Source: Sphaerodactylus townsendi
Taxonomy: Eukaryota
NCBI RefSeq assembly: GCF_021028975.2
Contig: NW_025950341.1
Coordinates: 868,001-932,000, forward strand
DNA: 64,000 bases
Reading direction: 5' to 3'
Position numbers and translations under genes: made by a program. Of the stretch, positions 63,666-64,000 are shown in pieces; position 1 is the stretch's first letter; each line of letters starts with the position of its first letter. Under the pieces are notes generated by a model, which was not told the DNA's origin, ran no database searches, and saw only the letters and a program-made list of their open reading frames with translations.

Positions 63666-64000
63666 TCTAGATGCTGGATGCTGGGGATTTAAATTTCTAT
63701 CCTACATTGTTGGGTGTCAAACCATATTTTCCAATGTTTTGCTGAGGTGGGTTGATCAAAGCAGCATAAGAAACTTCTGCTCCCTCCCCCTAAACTAAAA
63801 TACTGGCAGAGGTTGAGAGTTATGTTTGTACCCAGCCATCATACCGCCCTGAAATACAGATTAGGGCTGTGACACAGTGGCAGAGCCCCTGTTTGCACGC
63901 AGAACTTATTGGGGTCAATCCTGAGCTACAAAAATAATGTGTGCAATGTGATGAGATTGATCCTTAGAGATCCTGGACAGCTTCCTGGAGGGGGATCCAA

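Noticed and set aside
1-64000. Most ORFs in the six-frame track as genes
   Set aside because: Short, mostly inside repeats or low-complexity DNA, with no recognisable domains; this is intron-bearing eukaryotic DNA

Overview
Eukaryotic DNA, most likely from a squamate reptile (probably a gecko), inferred from the repeat families: Sauria SINE, 5S-headed SINEs, Squam3-like tRNA SINEs, CR1, L2, RTE/BovB, RTE-X-like LINEs and Penelope. The window is intergenic or deep-intronic. I recognise no host protein-coding gene; the only meaningful ORFs in the track are LINE ORF2 remnants and one hAT transposase trace. The content is a layered set of mobile elements, many with termini and target-site duplications (TSDs) readable by eye: PIF/Harbinger MITEs (3-bp TSD), hAT MITEs (8-bp TSD), solo LTRs, 5'-truncated LINEs with 14-bp TSDs, and a 3.6-kb non-autonomous DNA element built from nested fold-backs and minisatellites. 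Most notable structures: a spacer-less ~330-bp palindrome (27315-27641); MITE internal hairpins closed by splice-donor motifs on both strands; a degenerate Penelope hammerhead ribozyme core; a 54-bp inverted templated copy 4 kb from its twin; and a pre-miRNA-sized hairpin. One N gap (22026-22183) and several indel-dense patches suggest unpolished assembly. Family names come from motif recognition, not a database search. I found no convincing new multi-gene system.
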